DNA of 64,000 bases from Macrostomum lignano (Eukaryota). The stretch is from positions 182,627 through 246,626 of the forward strand of contig NIVC01002295.1 in assembly GCA_002269645.1 (NCBI GenBank), in the 5' to 3' direction. This document shows positions 37,290 to 48,947 of the stretch, piece after piece (the first letter of the stretch is position 1; every line of letters begins with the position of its first letter). The translations under genes were made by a program, and so were the position numbers. The notes under the pieces are model-generated. The model was not told where the DNA came from. It worked only from the letters and a program-made list of their open reading frames with translations, and ran no database searches.

Positions 37290-37751
37290 TCAGCAGGAGT
37301 TGAAAATCTTCATCTTGGCGGCCATCGCGTTGAACTCGTCAAAGTTGATCACCCCGTCGTGGTCTGTGTCAGCTTCGCGCATCATCTCGTCCAGCTCGGT
37401 GTCGGACATGCCCTCCTTCAGGATTTCGTTCATGACGAACTTCAGCTCGGACTTGGAGATCACCCCGTCCTGGTTCTGGTCCAGCAGGTCGAAGATTCGC
37501 TGCTTCTCCGACTGCGGCCGGTGGCCGCCCTTCTCCACGAAGGCGTTCATCATGGTGACGAACTCCTGGAACTCCAGCGTACCGTTGGAGTTCTTGTCGA
37601 ATTCGCGGATGAGGGCCTCAGCCTCCGGACGGGTGATGGTCTGGCCAGCTGCCCGCATCAGGCTGACGAGCTCCTTGACCTCGATGGCGCCGTTGCCGTT
37701 GGTGTCCGACTTGTCGAACACCTCGCGCAGGACTTCCTTGCTGTGGGCCAT
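37290..37751 (-). CDS. Calmodulin-like Ca2+-binding protein, 4 EF-hands, 153 aa, uninterrupted CDS
   Basis: Four canonical 12-residue loops: DTNGNGAIEVKE, DKNSNGTLEFQE, DQNQDGVISKSE and DTDHDGVINFDE. The linker and termini differ from true calmodulin. Confidence 0.93.
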   Translation of the reverse strand: MAHSKEVLREVFDKSDTNGNGAIEVKELVSLMRAAGQTITRPEAEALIREFDKNSNGTLEFQEFVTMMNAFVEKGGHRPQSEKQRIFDLLDQNQDGVISKSELKFVMNEILKEGMSDTELDEMMREADTDHDGVINFDEFNAMAAKMKIFNSC

Positions 37752-38961
37752 GCTTCGGTATTAGTGAGCAAAGCGCTGCAGTGTTGAAGTATATAGTCCG
37801 GACTGGAAGCTGCCTCGGCCAGTTGTTCCCTCCTTTTTGCCCACCGTCTAAGCCGCCCCACCCCACCCTCCAGTTCCGCAGGCTCGCAGGCGATTGGCCG
37901 TGGGCCTATAGGCTCCCCGCTGTGAGAGATAAGCGGCAGACCGGGGGACAAGTGGGGGGGGGTTAGATGAGATCCAGCTTTTCCCAGCCCAGCCATAAAA
38001 GAAGGCTGACGGCCGCGCGCTGAAAGCTGCTCCGCTGCTTGCCTGCCTTCCTGCCTGCCCAGACCAAAGTTTATTTTTGACTTTCTTTAACTATAACGAT
38101 TTTCGTGTGACACACTGTTTAAATGCAGCTCTCTGCCTCCCACAGACCTCACTATATCTGCTTGTGTATGTGTGTGAGTGTGTTGCATTTTTCTCTGCTT
38201 CAGGACCTGCCGTTTTCCTCTCAATCACCTTAAGTTGGCCAGGCCTCAAAACTTCTCTGCTTGCTCGGTCCTCCTGCCTCCCCCCCTGTTGAATCCCAAT
38301 TTCTGCTTTCGCTCGCTCTCTGGGGAGCTGATTGCTTTCTGCCCCATTCATTTCCTGTGTAGCGTGGAGGAGAGCCGAAAAGTAAGAAAAAGAAAAAGAA
38401 GAAGAGAAAAATGGTTTTGGCAATCTTGCCAGAGCACACTCCTGACGAATTGCTGTGTTTTTTAGTCATTTCCCCTCGACTAACTCCCTGCCGGCGAATT
38501 CCTTTCGCTGCAGTATAGTTTGAGTTTGAGCAGCTCGAGGGCAGCATTATTGATCTTCGGTTGGGGGGGGGGGCTTGCTCTCCTAATCCCTTCCTGTCTG
38601 ATCTGACAATGCGGGGCTGGCTGAAATCTGGGGCCAGATAAAGAGAGAAAAAACGGCCAAAAACAACAAAAACACACGCAAGGAGCTTTAAATCCTTTTC
38701 GATTTGGGGTCGATGCTCTCCCCGGGCAGATCAGCATCTCCGCCTCAGCCAGATCTCTCCCAGCTGTCGATATTTGTGCCGGAGAAGCCATTAGTTATTT
38801 AATAAGGAGGGAGGGGTGGGCGCCTCTGACTGGTGTCCGAAACTGGGAGCTAATATAGAGCTTCTGCTTATTGATTATTCACCTTGCGGTTCAACGATAT
38901 GGCTGACGGGAGAAGGGAGCTCTGCTCCTAAACTAGGCGTCAACTGGGGTTTGATGTGTCA

Positions 38962-39606
38962 GAGCTGGGTGTCAGAGTTGCTAAACTGGGTGTCAGAGTT
39001 GCTAAACTGGGTGTCAGAGTTGCTAAACTGGGTGTCAGAGTTGCTAAACTGGGTGTCAGAGTTGCTAAACTGGGTGTCAGAGTTGCTAAACTGGGTGTCA
39101 GAGTTGCTAAACTGGGTGTCAGGAATGCTAAACTGGGTGTCAGAGTTGCTAAACTGGGTGTCAGAGTTGCTAAACTGGGTGTCAGAAATGCTAAACTGGG
39201 TGTCAGAGTTGCTAAACTGGGTGTCAGAGTTGCTAAACTGGGTGTCAGAGTTGCTAAACTGGGTGTCAGAGTTGCTAAACTGGGTGTCAGAGTTGCTAAA
39301 CTGGATGTCAGAGTTGCTAAACTGAGTGTCAGAGTTGCTAAACTGAGTGTCAGGAATGCTAAACTGAGTGTCAGGAATGCTAAACTGGGTGTCAGGAATG
39401 CTAAACTGGGTGTCAGATTTGCTAAACTGGGTGTCAGAAATGCTAAACTGGGTGTCAGATTTGCTAAACTGGGTGTCAGAAATGCTAAACTGGGTGTCAG
39501 ATTTGCTAAACTGGGTGTCAGGAATGCTAAACTGGGTGTCAGAGTTACTAAACCGGGTGTCAGGAATGCTAAACTGGATGTCAGAGTTACTAAACCGGGT
39601 GTCAGG
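38962..39606. repeat. 21-bp minisatellite, about 30 copies
   Basis: Unit GTTGCTAAACTGGGTGTCAGA. Confidence 0.95.
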
Positions 39607-39987
39607 AACGAATTTATTATCGCGCACGAGTTGGCTGACTATTTAGCAGAGGAGAAAAAGTACATCTTACTAAACCTCGGTTTGGGCACAGAGAAGCGAG
39701 CTTAAAACTATTGAAGAGGAGACGGAGGTGCAAAATCTGCTTTCTGCTTTTCCCTTTCCCATGAAAGAGAGACTTTAACTTTTTAAAACCTTTCTCAGGT
39801 CTGAATTTCAAACGCTTTTAACGACTAATGGCGACGCGCCGAAACCCGAGCCCAGCCTGTGCTAGAAGGATACAAATTGCAACAGAGCCAGTTGAGAGGG
39901 GAAATGAGATCTTCTAAGCTGGGAATCATCGCGTGTCTCTCAAGTTTAGCACTGAAAATTGCATGCTGCGAATCTCATTGCAATCAT

Positions 39988-40540
39988 GAATTGCAACAGC
40001 CTGAATTGCAACAGCCTGAATTGCAACAGTCTGAATTGCAACAGTCTGAATTGCAACAGCCTGAATTGCAACAGCCTGAATTGCAACAGTCTGAATTGCA
40101 ACAGCCTGAATTGCAACAGCCTGAATTGCAACAGCCTGAATTGCAACAGCCTGAATCGCAGCAGTCTGAATTGCAACAGCCTGAATCGCAGCAGTCTGAA
40201 TTGCAACAGCCTGAATTGCAACAGCCTGAATTGCAACAGCCTGAATTGCAACAGCCTGAATTGCAACAGCCTGAATTGCAACAGCCTGAATTGCAACAGC
40301 CTGAATCGCAGCAGTCTGAATTGCAACAGCCTGAATTGCAACAGCCTGAATCGCAGCAGTCTGAATTGCAACAGCCTGAATTGCAACAGCCTGAATTGCA
40401 ACAGCCTGAATTGCAACAGCCTGAATCGCAGCAGTCTGAATTGCAACAGCCTGAATTGCAACAGCCTGAATTGCAACAGCCTGAATTGCAACAGTCTGAA
40501 TTGCAACAGCCTGAATTGCAACAGCCTGAATTGCAACAGT
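39988..40540. repeat. 15-bp minisatellite, about 37 copies
   Basis: Unit GAATTGCAACAGCCT with variant GAATCGCAGCAGTCT. Confidence 0.95.
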
Positions 40541-41094
40541 CTACTTCAGACTTTAAGCTTTTTTACTTTTCCAAAGTTTATTAAATTTGGGAAATCAGCA
40601 CATTCTGTGGCAGAGTCGGGCGGAGACCCGGGGGAGCAAAGATTGACAAAACGATGGCGAGGCAGCCGGAGACTGGGGATCGAGTTTCCCTCTTCCCTAC
40701 TACAGGCAGTGCTGAGGGATTTTTCTATATCTAATTAAATATTTATTGAACAAGGCCGTCCTCTTCTGGGGAGGATTCGAGCAGAAGTAGGGAAGTGGAA
40801 GAGGGGCGGAGGGGTGAGAGGGGGGTTACTGCTTGCGTGCTGCTAAATTATCAGGGCCGTCGAAGCAGATGAGAGATCGCCGCCTGCTGCTGCTGCGGCA
40901 TCTCCAGTTTCTTGGTAGCTGTGTAGGGAAGGAGAGGAGGTGCCGTACTTGAGCACTAGGTTAAAGTAGGATCGAATTTTTTTTTACCTTTTTGGCTACC
41001 CAACTACTGCAACGAAGATTTCTCCTTAGCTCTTAGAGACAGTTTTATTTTTAACTGGAGTTCAGGTCTGTTGGGACAGCGTTAGTGTGGGGAG

Positions 41095-41910
41095 AGAGAA
41101 GGGGAGAGACGGGGAGAAACGGGAAGAGATGGGTAGAGACGAGAAGAGACGGGGAGAAATGTGGAGGGATGGGGAGAGACGGGGAGAGGCAAGGAGAGGG
41201 GAAGAGAGATGTTGACAGACGTTGAGAGACAAGGAGAGGGGGAAGACAGGGGGAGACGGAAGAGATGGGGAGAGACGGGGAGAGACGGGGAAAGAAATGG
41301 GAAGAGATGGGGGGAGACAGGAGAGATGGGGAGAGATGGGGAGAGGCGGGAGAGACAGGAAGAGAAGGGGAGGGACATGGAGAGACAGGGAGGGACAGGG
41401 AGAGACAGGGAGAGACGGGGAGAGACGGGGAGAGACAGGCAGAGACAGGCAGAGACAGGGAGAGACAGGGAGAGACAGGGAGAGACAGGCAGAGACAGGG
41501 AGAGACAGGGAGAGACGGGGAGAGACAGGGAGAGACAGGCAGAGACAGGGAGAGACAGGCAGAGACAGGCAGAGACAGGCAGAGACAGGGAGAGACAGGG
41601 AGAGACAGGGAGAGACAGGGAGAGACAGGGAGAGACAGGGAGAGACAGGGAGAGACAGGGAGAGACAGGGAGAGACAGGGAGAGACAGGGAGAGACAGGG
41701 AGAGACAGGGAGAGACAGGGAGAGACAGGGAGAGACGGGGAGAGACAGGGAGAGACAGGGAGAGACAGGGAGAGACAGGGAGAGACAGGGAGAGACAGGG
41801 AGAGACAGGCAGAGACAGGGAGAGACAGGGAGAGACAGGGAGAGACGGGGAGAGACAGGGAGAGACAGGGAGAGACAGGGAGAGACAGGGAGAGACAGGG
41901 AGAGACAGGG
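41095..41910. repeat. Purine-rich 10-bp array (GGGAGAGACA)n
   Basis: Homogeneous core with a degenerate left end. Confidence 0.93.
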
Positions 41911-42401
41911 AGTGATGGGGAGAGACTTGGTGTGGAGCAATTCCGATTTTCTGGGCATTGTGCTTCTGCCAAATTTTTCCAAGTTGACTCAAGTGCTTTG
42001 ACAACCTCTGCAGTGAAAGCATTGATCCGAGCGAATGTCAGCTGGGCAAGCCTGGCTGAAAGCTGAACGCTTAGCGGCTGCTCCGCCCTGCTGCCCCCTC
42101 CCCAACATAGAGATCGATTCAGATGATTGATTTTGTCCACGCAGGGACACTCCAGCCCCCTCTGAAGTGTTGAGGTGGAAAAGCTCTGCAATAGGCAGAT
42201 TACGTTTAAGTCGCAGATTAAAATTTGCCCATAAAATCTTGTGGTCTCGGGGCTCCTCTAAGATTTACCTAGCAGTGCTGTGGTCCTCTGCCTGCTGGCG
42301 CACCTCTAGCTGTCTTCGGTTTTGGGGCTTCTGCTCCCCTTCGCATCACAGACAGATTGACAATGATTTACAGTTCACACGGAACTGTCCAGTCTGCCTC
42401 A

Positions 42402-44144
42402 CTCTCTCTCATGTCTGTCTCCCTCTCTCTCATGCCTAACCCACTCTCTCTCTCTCTCATGTCTGTCTCACTCTCTCTCATGTCTGTCTCACTCTCTCTC
42501 TCATGCCTAACCCACTCTCTCTCTCTCTCATGTCTGTCTCACTCTCTCTCATGTCTGCCTCCCTCTCTCTCATATCTGTCTCCCTCTCTCTCTCATGCCT
42601 AACCCACTCTCTCTCTCTCTCATGTCTGTCTCACTCTCTCTCTCATGCCTAACCCACTCTCTCTATCTCATGTCTGTCTCCCTGTCTCTCATGTCTGCCT
42701 CCCTCTCTCTCATGTCTGTCTCCCTCTCTCTCTCATGCCTAACCCACTCTCTCTCTCTCTCATGTCTTTCTCACTCTCTCTCATGCCTAACCCACTCTCT
42801 CTCTCTCATGTCTGTCTCCCTGTCTCTCATGTCTGCCTCCCTCTCTCTCATGCTCCCTCTCTCTCTCATGCCTAACCCACTCTCTCTCTCTCTCTCATGT
42901 CTGTCTCACTCTCTCTCCTGTCTGTCTCACTCTCTCTGATGTCTGTCTCACTCTCTCTGATGTCTGTCTCACTCTCTCTGATGTCTGTCTCACTCTCTCA
43001 TGTCTGTCTCACTCTCTCTCCTCTCTGCCTGCCTCACTCTCTCTCCTGTCTGTCTCTCTCTCTCCTGTCTGTCTCACTCTCTCCTCTCTGTCTCACTCTC
43101 TCTCTCTCTCATGTCTAACTCACTCTCTCTCCTCTCTGCCTCACTCTCTCTCATGTCTGTCTCACTCTCTCCTCTCTGCCTCACTCTCTCTCATGTCTGT
43201 CTCACTCTCTCCTCTCTGCCTCACTCTCTCTTATGTCTGTCTCACTCTCTCCTCTCTGCCTCACTCTCTCTCATGTCTGTCTCCCTCTCTCTCATGTCTG
43301 TCTCCCTCTCTCTCACGTCTGTCTCCCTCTCTCTCATGTCTGTCTCACTCTCTCTCATGTCTGTCTCACTCTCTCTCATGTCTGTCTCCCTCTCTCTCAT
43401 GTCTGTCTCACTCTCTCTCATGTCTGTCTCACTCTCTCTCATGTCTGTCTCCCTCTCTCTCATGTCTGTCTCACTCTCTCTCATGTCTGTCTCCCTCTCT
43501 CTCATGTCTGTCTCACTCTCTCTCATGTCTGTCTCACTCTCTCCTCACTCTCTCTCTCTCTCCTTTCTGCCTCACTCTCTCCTCACTCTCTCTCTCTCCT
43601 TTCTGCCTCACTCTCTCTCTCTCTCTCACTCACTGTCTCTCCTCTCTGCCTCACTCTCTCTCCTGTCTGTCTCACTCTCTCCTCTCTGTCTCACTCTCTC
43701 TCTCTCATGTCTGTCTCACTCTCTCTCTCTCATGTCTAACTCACTCTCTCTCCTCTCTGCCTCACTCTCTCTCCTGTCTGCCTCACTCTCTCTCCTCTCT
43801 GCCTCACTCTCTCTTCTGTCTGTCTCACTCTCTCTCTCATGTCTGTCTCACTCTCTCTCTCTCATGTCTAACTCACTCTCTCTCCTCTCTCCTCACTCTC
43901 TCTCTCTCCTCTCTGCCTCACTCTCTCTCTCCTCTCTGCCTCTCTCTCTCTCCTCTCTGCCTCTCTCTCTCTCTCCTCTCTGCCTCTCTCTCTCTCCTCT
44001 CTGCCTCACTCTCTCTCTCCTCTCTGCCTCACTCTCTCTCTCCTGTCTGCCTCTCTCTCTCTCCTCTCTGCCTCACTCTCTCTCTCCTGTCTGCCTCACT
44101 CTCTCTTCTGTCTGCCTCACTCTCTCTCTCTCTCTCTCTCTCTC

Positions 44145-44175
<31 letters not shown>

Positions 44176-44795
44176 ATGTCTAACTCACTGTCTCTCCTCT
44201 CTGCCTCACTCTCTCTCCTGTCTGTCTCACTCTCCCTCCTCTCTGCCTCACTCTCTCTTCTGTCCTTCTCACTCTCTCCTCTCTGTCTCACTCTCTCTCT
44301 CATGTCTGTCTCACTCTCTCTCCTCTCTGCCTCACTCTCTCTCCTGTCTGCCTCACTCTCTCTCTCATGTCTGTCTCCCTCTCTCTCATGTCTGTCTCCC
44401 TCTCTCTCTCTCCTGTCTGTCTCACTCTCTCTCTCTCTCTCATGTCTAACTCACTCTCCCTCGTCTCTGCCTCACTCTCTCTTCTGTCTGTCTCACTCTC
44501 TCCTCTGTGTCTCACTCTCTCTCTCATGTCTCTCTCACTCTCTCTCCTCTCTGCCTCACTCTCTCTCCTGTCTGCCTCACTCTCTCTCTCATGTCTGTCT
44601 CCCTCTCTCTCATGTCTGTCTCCCTCTCTCTCATGTCTGTCTCCCTCTCTCTCATGTCTGTCTCCCTCTCTCTCATGTCTGTCTCACTATCTCTCCTCTC
44701 TGCCTCACTCTCTCTCCTGTCTGCCTCACTCTCTCTACTCTCTCCTCACTGCCTCACTCTCTCTCTCTCATGTCTAACTCACTATCTCTCCTGTC
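42402..44795. repeat. 2.4-kb pyrimidine-rich degenerate array (TCTCTCTCATGTCTGTCTCAC and variants)
   Basis: Almost purine-free top strand with recurring 19-23-bp units. Confidence 0.92.
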
Positions 44796-45602
44796 CGTCT
44801 GGCTCCCTCACATCATTATTTTTCATTATCTCACACCCTTACTTTTTCCCCACTCTTCAATCCTTGCTTATGACCTCAACTGTTTTTAATATTTCGCTTC
44901 AACTTTCTGCTACAAGTTAAGCCCTGAAATGCCAATAGTAGAGTCCATATCCACTGGCTGCCTCGAGAGCCAACCCAAGCTGCTCCTTGGATACTGGTCT
45001 GGATATGCCAGATCACGATCAGCCAATGCCACTTGCCCCAGCCAATTCAATCAGCAGATGAAGAGGAAAGCAAAGTATAGATTGTTTCAGACTTAGAAAG
45101 AACCTGCAGTTGTTTGAGTAGGAAGCGTTCAAGTTCTCAGCTCATTTTTTGCGCGCATTTCGTGCCAATATTAAAAAGCAGAATCAGAGCAACTGATAGT
45201 GCTGGCTTCGGTATAGTTAATAAAATTCCTGTTTAAATAAATAACAGCTTAATACCCTTTCTATTAGCTGCGAGTAGTAAGTCTGAGTAGTTTCTTAAAA
45301 AATTACAATTTACAATGACAATTTTTACGAGTTCCTTTTGATCTAATGAAAATTCGGCTATTCCAATTACGAGCCCCGAGGGTAATTCTATTCGGGTGTC
45401 TGTGAAGAGATTTTCGTTAAAAATATTTGCGCTTGCAAGGAAACTGAGTGTGCATAGCTGGTTAGTCAAGCGAGTCGTTTCCATCACAGATGGCGGCCCA
45501 CCCGCTGAAAGTGTGTCTATGGCCAAAAGCCTCTCAATCACGGTTGGACCCTGTGGATACACCCCATAGGATAGAAATTCCGCCTTTGAGAATCATTTCT
45601 CT

Positions 45603-45952
45603 GGAACCCCCTCCCCCCAGAACCCCCCCCCCAGAACCTCCTCCCCCAGAACCCTCTTCCCCCTGAACCCCCTCCCCCAGAACCCCTCTCCCAGAACCCC
45701 CTCCCCCCAGAACTCCCTCCCCCAGAACCCTCTTCCCCCAGAACCCCTCCCCAGAACCTCCTCCCCCAGAACCCTCTTCCCCTGAACCCCCTCCCCCAGA
45801 ACCCCTCTCCCAGAACCCCCTCCCCCCAGAACTCCCTCCCCCAGAACCCTCTTCCCCCAGAGCCCCTTCTCCCAGAACCCCCTTCTCCCAGAAACCCCGC
45901 CACCAGAATCCCCTCCCCCAGAACCCCCTCCCCCCAGAACCTCCTCCCCCAG
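45603..45952. repeat. C-rich about 15-bp array (GAACCCCCTCCCCCA)n
   Basis: Directly visible; G-tract-rich on the minus strand. Confidence 0.9.
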
Positions 45953-46080
45953 AAGTTTTAACAGTCTGCTTTAAGATACTATAAATTTTTTGAAGCAGAG
46001 CACCCCAGTTACTGCGTGTGCGGCCTGATCCGTCTCGCTGCTGCCACTAACCAACTGAGAAACTTAACCAAGAGCCAGTG

Positions 46081-46135
46081 GGCCAATGACAGGCGAGCTC
46101 CAATCAGGCAGCGACGAAGGCTGGCTGTATAGAGA
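46081..46135 (+). promoter_or_regulatory. Putative proximal promoter of calmodulin-like copy 2 (two CCAAT boxes, TATA-like)
   Basis: GGCCAATGA at 46081-46089, CTCCAATCAG at about 46099-46108 and TGTATAGA at about 46125-46132, all within 115 nt upstream of the ATG. Confidence 0.35.
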
Positions 46136-46194
46136 GCTGAGCGAAGGCTGAGCACGGGAGACCCGGCCTGTGCAAGACAGAAGCAAACTAAACA

Positions 46195-46670
46195 ATGTGC
46201 GACCACGATGCCGACATCCTGCGCGAGGTGTTCGACAAGTCGGACACCAACGGTAACGGCGCCATCGAGGTCAAGGAGCTCGTCAGCCTGATGCGGGCAG
46301 CTGGCCAGACCATCACCCGTCCGGAGGCTGAGGCCCTCATCCGCGAATTCGACAAGAACTCGAACGGTACGCTGGAGTTCCAGGAGTTCGTCACCATGAT
46401 GAACGCCTTCGTGGAGAAGGGCGGCCACCGGCCGCAGTCGGAGAAGCAGCGAATCTTCGACCTGCTGGACCAGAACCAGGACGGGGTGATCTCCAAGTCC
46501 GAGCTGAAGTTCGTCATGAACGAAATCCTGAAGGAGGGCATGTCCGACCCGAGCTGGACGAGATGATGAGCGCCGCGGACACGGACCACGACGGGGTGAT
46601 CAGTTTCGAGGAGTTCAACCAACTGGCCGCAAGCATGAAGATTTTCAACTGCTCCGAGTGCGACAGCTGA
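46195..46670 (+). pseudogene. Second calmodulin-like copy with a 1-nt deletion near 46548 (pseudogene, 3-EF-hand truncation, or sequencing error)
   Basis: Near-identical to 37290-37751 (inverted) over 46219-46568. GAC-ACC-GAG has become GAC-CC-GAG. Restoring one base gives 158 aa with a fourth EF-hand DTDHDGVISFEE and a stop at 46668-46670. Confidence 0.8.
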
Positions 46671-46777
46671 AGATCGGTTTGGGGACTCTGGGGAAGCTGC
46701 ATGGCTGGGTGCCACTGTTTGAGCTGGAGCTGTAAAAACTTTAAGAATGATTTTTCTGTTCGAAAAAACTCAAATAC

Positions 46778-46827
46778 GGTTGATTGATTGATTGGTTGGT
46801 TGATTGGTTGGTTGGTGGATTGATTGG

Positions 46828-46924
<97 letters not shown>

Positions 46925-46972
46925 TCATTGATTGATCGATTGATTGATTGGTGGATTGATTGATTGTTGGTT

Positions 46973-47019
<47 letters not shown>

Positions 47020-47036
47020 TGATAGATTGATAGATT

Positions 47037-47079
<43 letters not shown>

Positions 47080-47108
47080 TAATTGATTGATTGATTGATT
47101 GATTGATT
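46778..47108. repeat. Compound (GATT)n/(GATA)n microsatellite
   Basis: Directly visible downstream of calmodulin-like copy 2. Confidence 0.95.
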
Positions 47109-47869
47109 GCTTTGACCCGCATGCTGAAAAACTTAAGATAGTCTGACGGATAGGTTCAATTGTTTGTTCAGCGTCCTTTAGGTAAAATATTCTAGTTTAT
47201 AATATACAAATAGAGTCCCGCATAAGTTCAATTAATAAAAGCTGTAATAAAGTATGTTAGTTAACACTTTCAGTCGCTATTCTGTTAACCAATGACAAAC
47301 TGTTTTTTCTACTGGGGTGTGCGGGCCCGATTTACAGCAATAATGGCACTGGCTGGTCTTTATTGAAAAGTGCTAGAAACATGAGATCTGAGAGGCTGCA
47401 GCAGGCCTCCTAAATTCAATGTTAAACTTGACGTTTCAGTAACCAAGAGAATTTTCTGCGTCATAAATAATCGAAAGCAACTCTATGCAGTTTTGCCAAT
47501 CCAAGACAAGTAATTTTTTGGCAATATTCAAATTACTGAACTTTCAATTCATTCCTGCTGTTCCCGCACCCCCATTGGTTCAAATCAAGTATCTGTTCTT
47601 TACTAAACATTTTGTTCAATGCACCGTAGCTTCAATACTAATTGCCACTTTGGTTTACCTCTATAAATCGTCCTTAATTAACCCTAAGCGGGATTGTATA
47701 CTTGTCCGAAATATAATCATATAATACAGCAATTAACTCTATATTCGTGGCTTTGCCAAAAGGTATATAATTGACAACAAATTTGAAAAGACTGTTTCTG
47801 CAGTCTGAAGTTCTAACTTTTTAGATTTAAGTGTATTTAAGTGTATATTCAGGTGTATATTCATGTGTG

Positions 47870-48178
47870 TTAATTAATAATTAATAACTGATTACACCTG
47901 GCCCAATTGGGCCAGATGTGCAACCGACAGCTCAGCCGCAGCTATTGCGCGGCGCATCTGAAGGCTGCGTACGGCTGTTCAGTCCAAGGACTGGGGGTCG
48001 CCACACACAGCCTCAATTATCCCAGCTAATGCTGGCACCCATTTTACAGCTGGGTGAACTGAAGCAGTGCAGAGTTATGTGTCTTGCTCAAGGACACAAA
48101 TTGTTCCAATGGGATCGGGAATCGAACCCCCGACCTTCAAGTCGTGAGTCCGACGCTCTAACCACTGGGCTACAACCC
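47870..48178 (-). mobile_element. tRNA-derived CORE-SINE
   Basis: On the minus strand: A box TAGCCCAGTGG (48172-48162), B box GGTTCGATTCC (48128-48118), a CORE-like segment GTGTCCTTGAGCAAGACACATAACTCTGCACTGCTTCAGTTCACCCAGCTGTAAAATGGG (48097-48038) resembling the MIR core, a 3' palindrome (47898-47915) and an (ATTA/TTA)-rich tail. Confidence 0.85.
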
Positions 48179-48180
48179 TT

Positions 48181-48947
48181 CAGGTGCATATTCGAGTGTA
48201 TACTCAAGTTTATATTCGGTGTATATTCAGGTGTATATTCAAGTGTATATTCCAAGGTATATATTCATGTGTATACTCAGGTGTATATTCAGGTGTATTT
48301 TCAGGTGTACAGTCAGGTGTATATTCATATGTATATTCCAAGGTATATATTCATGTGTATACTCAGGTGTATATTCAGGTGTATATTCAGGTGTATATTC
48401 AGGTGTATATTCAGGTGTGTATTCAGGTGTATATTCAGGTGTATATTCCAAGGTGTATATTCAGGTGTATATTCAGGTGTATATTCAGGTGTATATTCAG
48501 GTGTATATTCAGGTGTATATTCAGGTGTATATTCAGGTGTATATTCAGGTGTATATTCAGGTGTATATTCAGGTGTATATTCAGGTGTATATTCATGTGT
48601 ATACTCAGGTGTATATTCAGGTGTATATTCAGGTGTATATTCCAAGGTGTATATTCAGGTGTATATTCAGGTGTATATTCAGGTGTTTATTCGGGTATAT
48701 ATAGGTGTATATTCAGGTGTATATTCAGGTGTATATTCAGCTGTATATTCAGGTGTATATTCAGGTGTATATTCCAAGGTGTATATTCAGGTGTATATTC
48801 AGGTGTATATTCAGGTGTTTATTCAGGTATATATAGGTGTATATTCAGGTGTATATTCAGGTGTATATTCAGCTGTATATTCAGGTGTATATTCAGGTGT
48901 ATATTCAGGTGTATATTCAGGGGTATTTTCAGGTGTATATTCAGGTA
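48181..48947. repeat. 12-bp minisatellite, about 64 copies
   Basis: Unit GTGTATATTCAG; a few units also sit at 47828-47870, on the other side of the SINE. Confidence 0.95.

Noticed and set aside
37300-37787. Plus-strand ORFs antisense to calmodulin-like copy 1 (and minus-strand ORFs over copy 2, UPF1 and FERM exons)
   Set aside because: Shadow frames caused by GC-rich codon usage.
38816-44889. Long ORFs such as (ELQQP)n 39859-40584, (VAKLGVR)n 38956-39705, ([10 protein letters not shown])n 41161-42066 and 43000-44889
   Set aside because: They are translations of tandem repeats open in several frames and on both strands, with no domain content.
48110-48178. tRNA gene (Val-CAC-like) on the minus strand
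   Set aside because: The anticodon stem is imperfect, and the sequence continues directly into a CORE domain and tail, so it is a SINE head.
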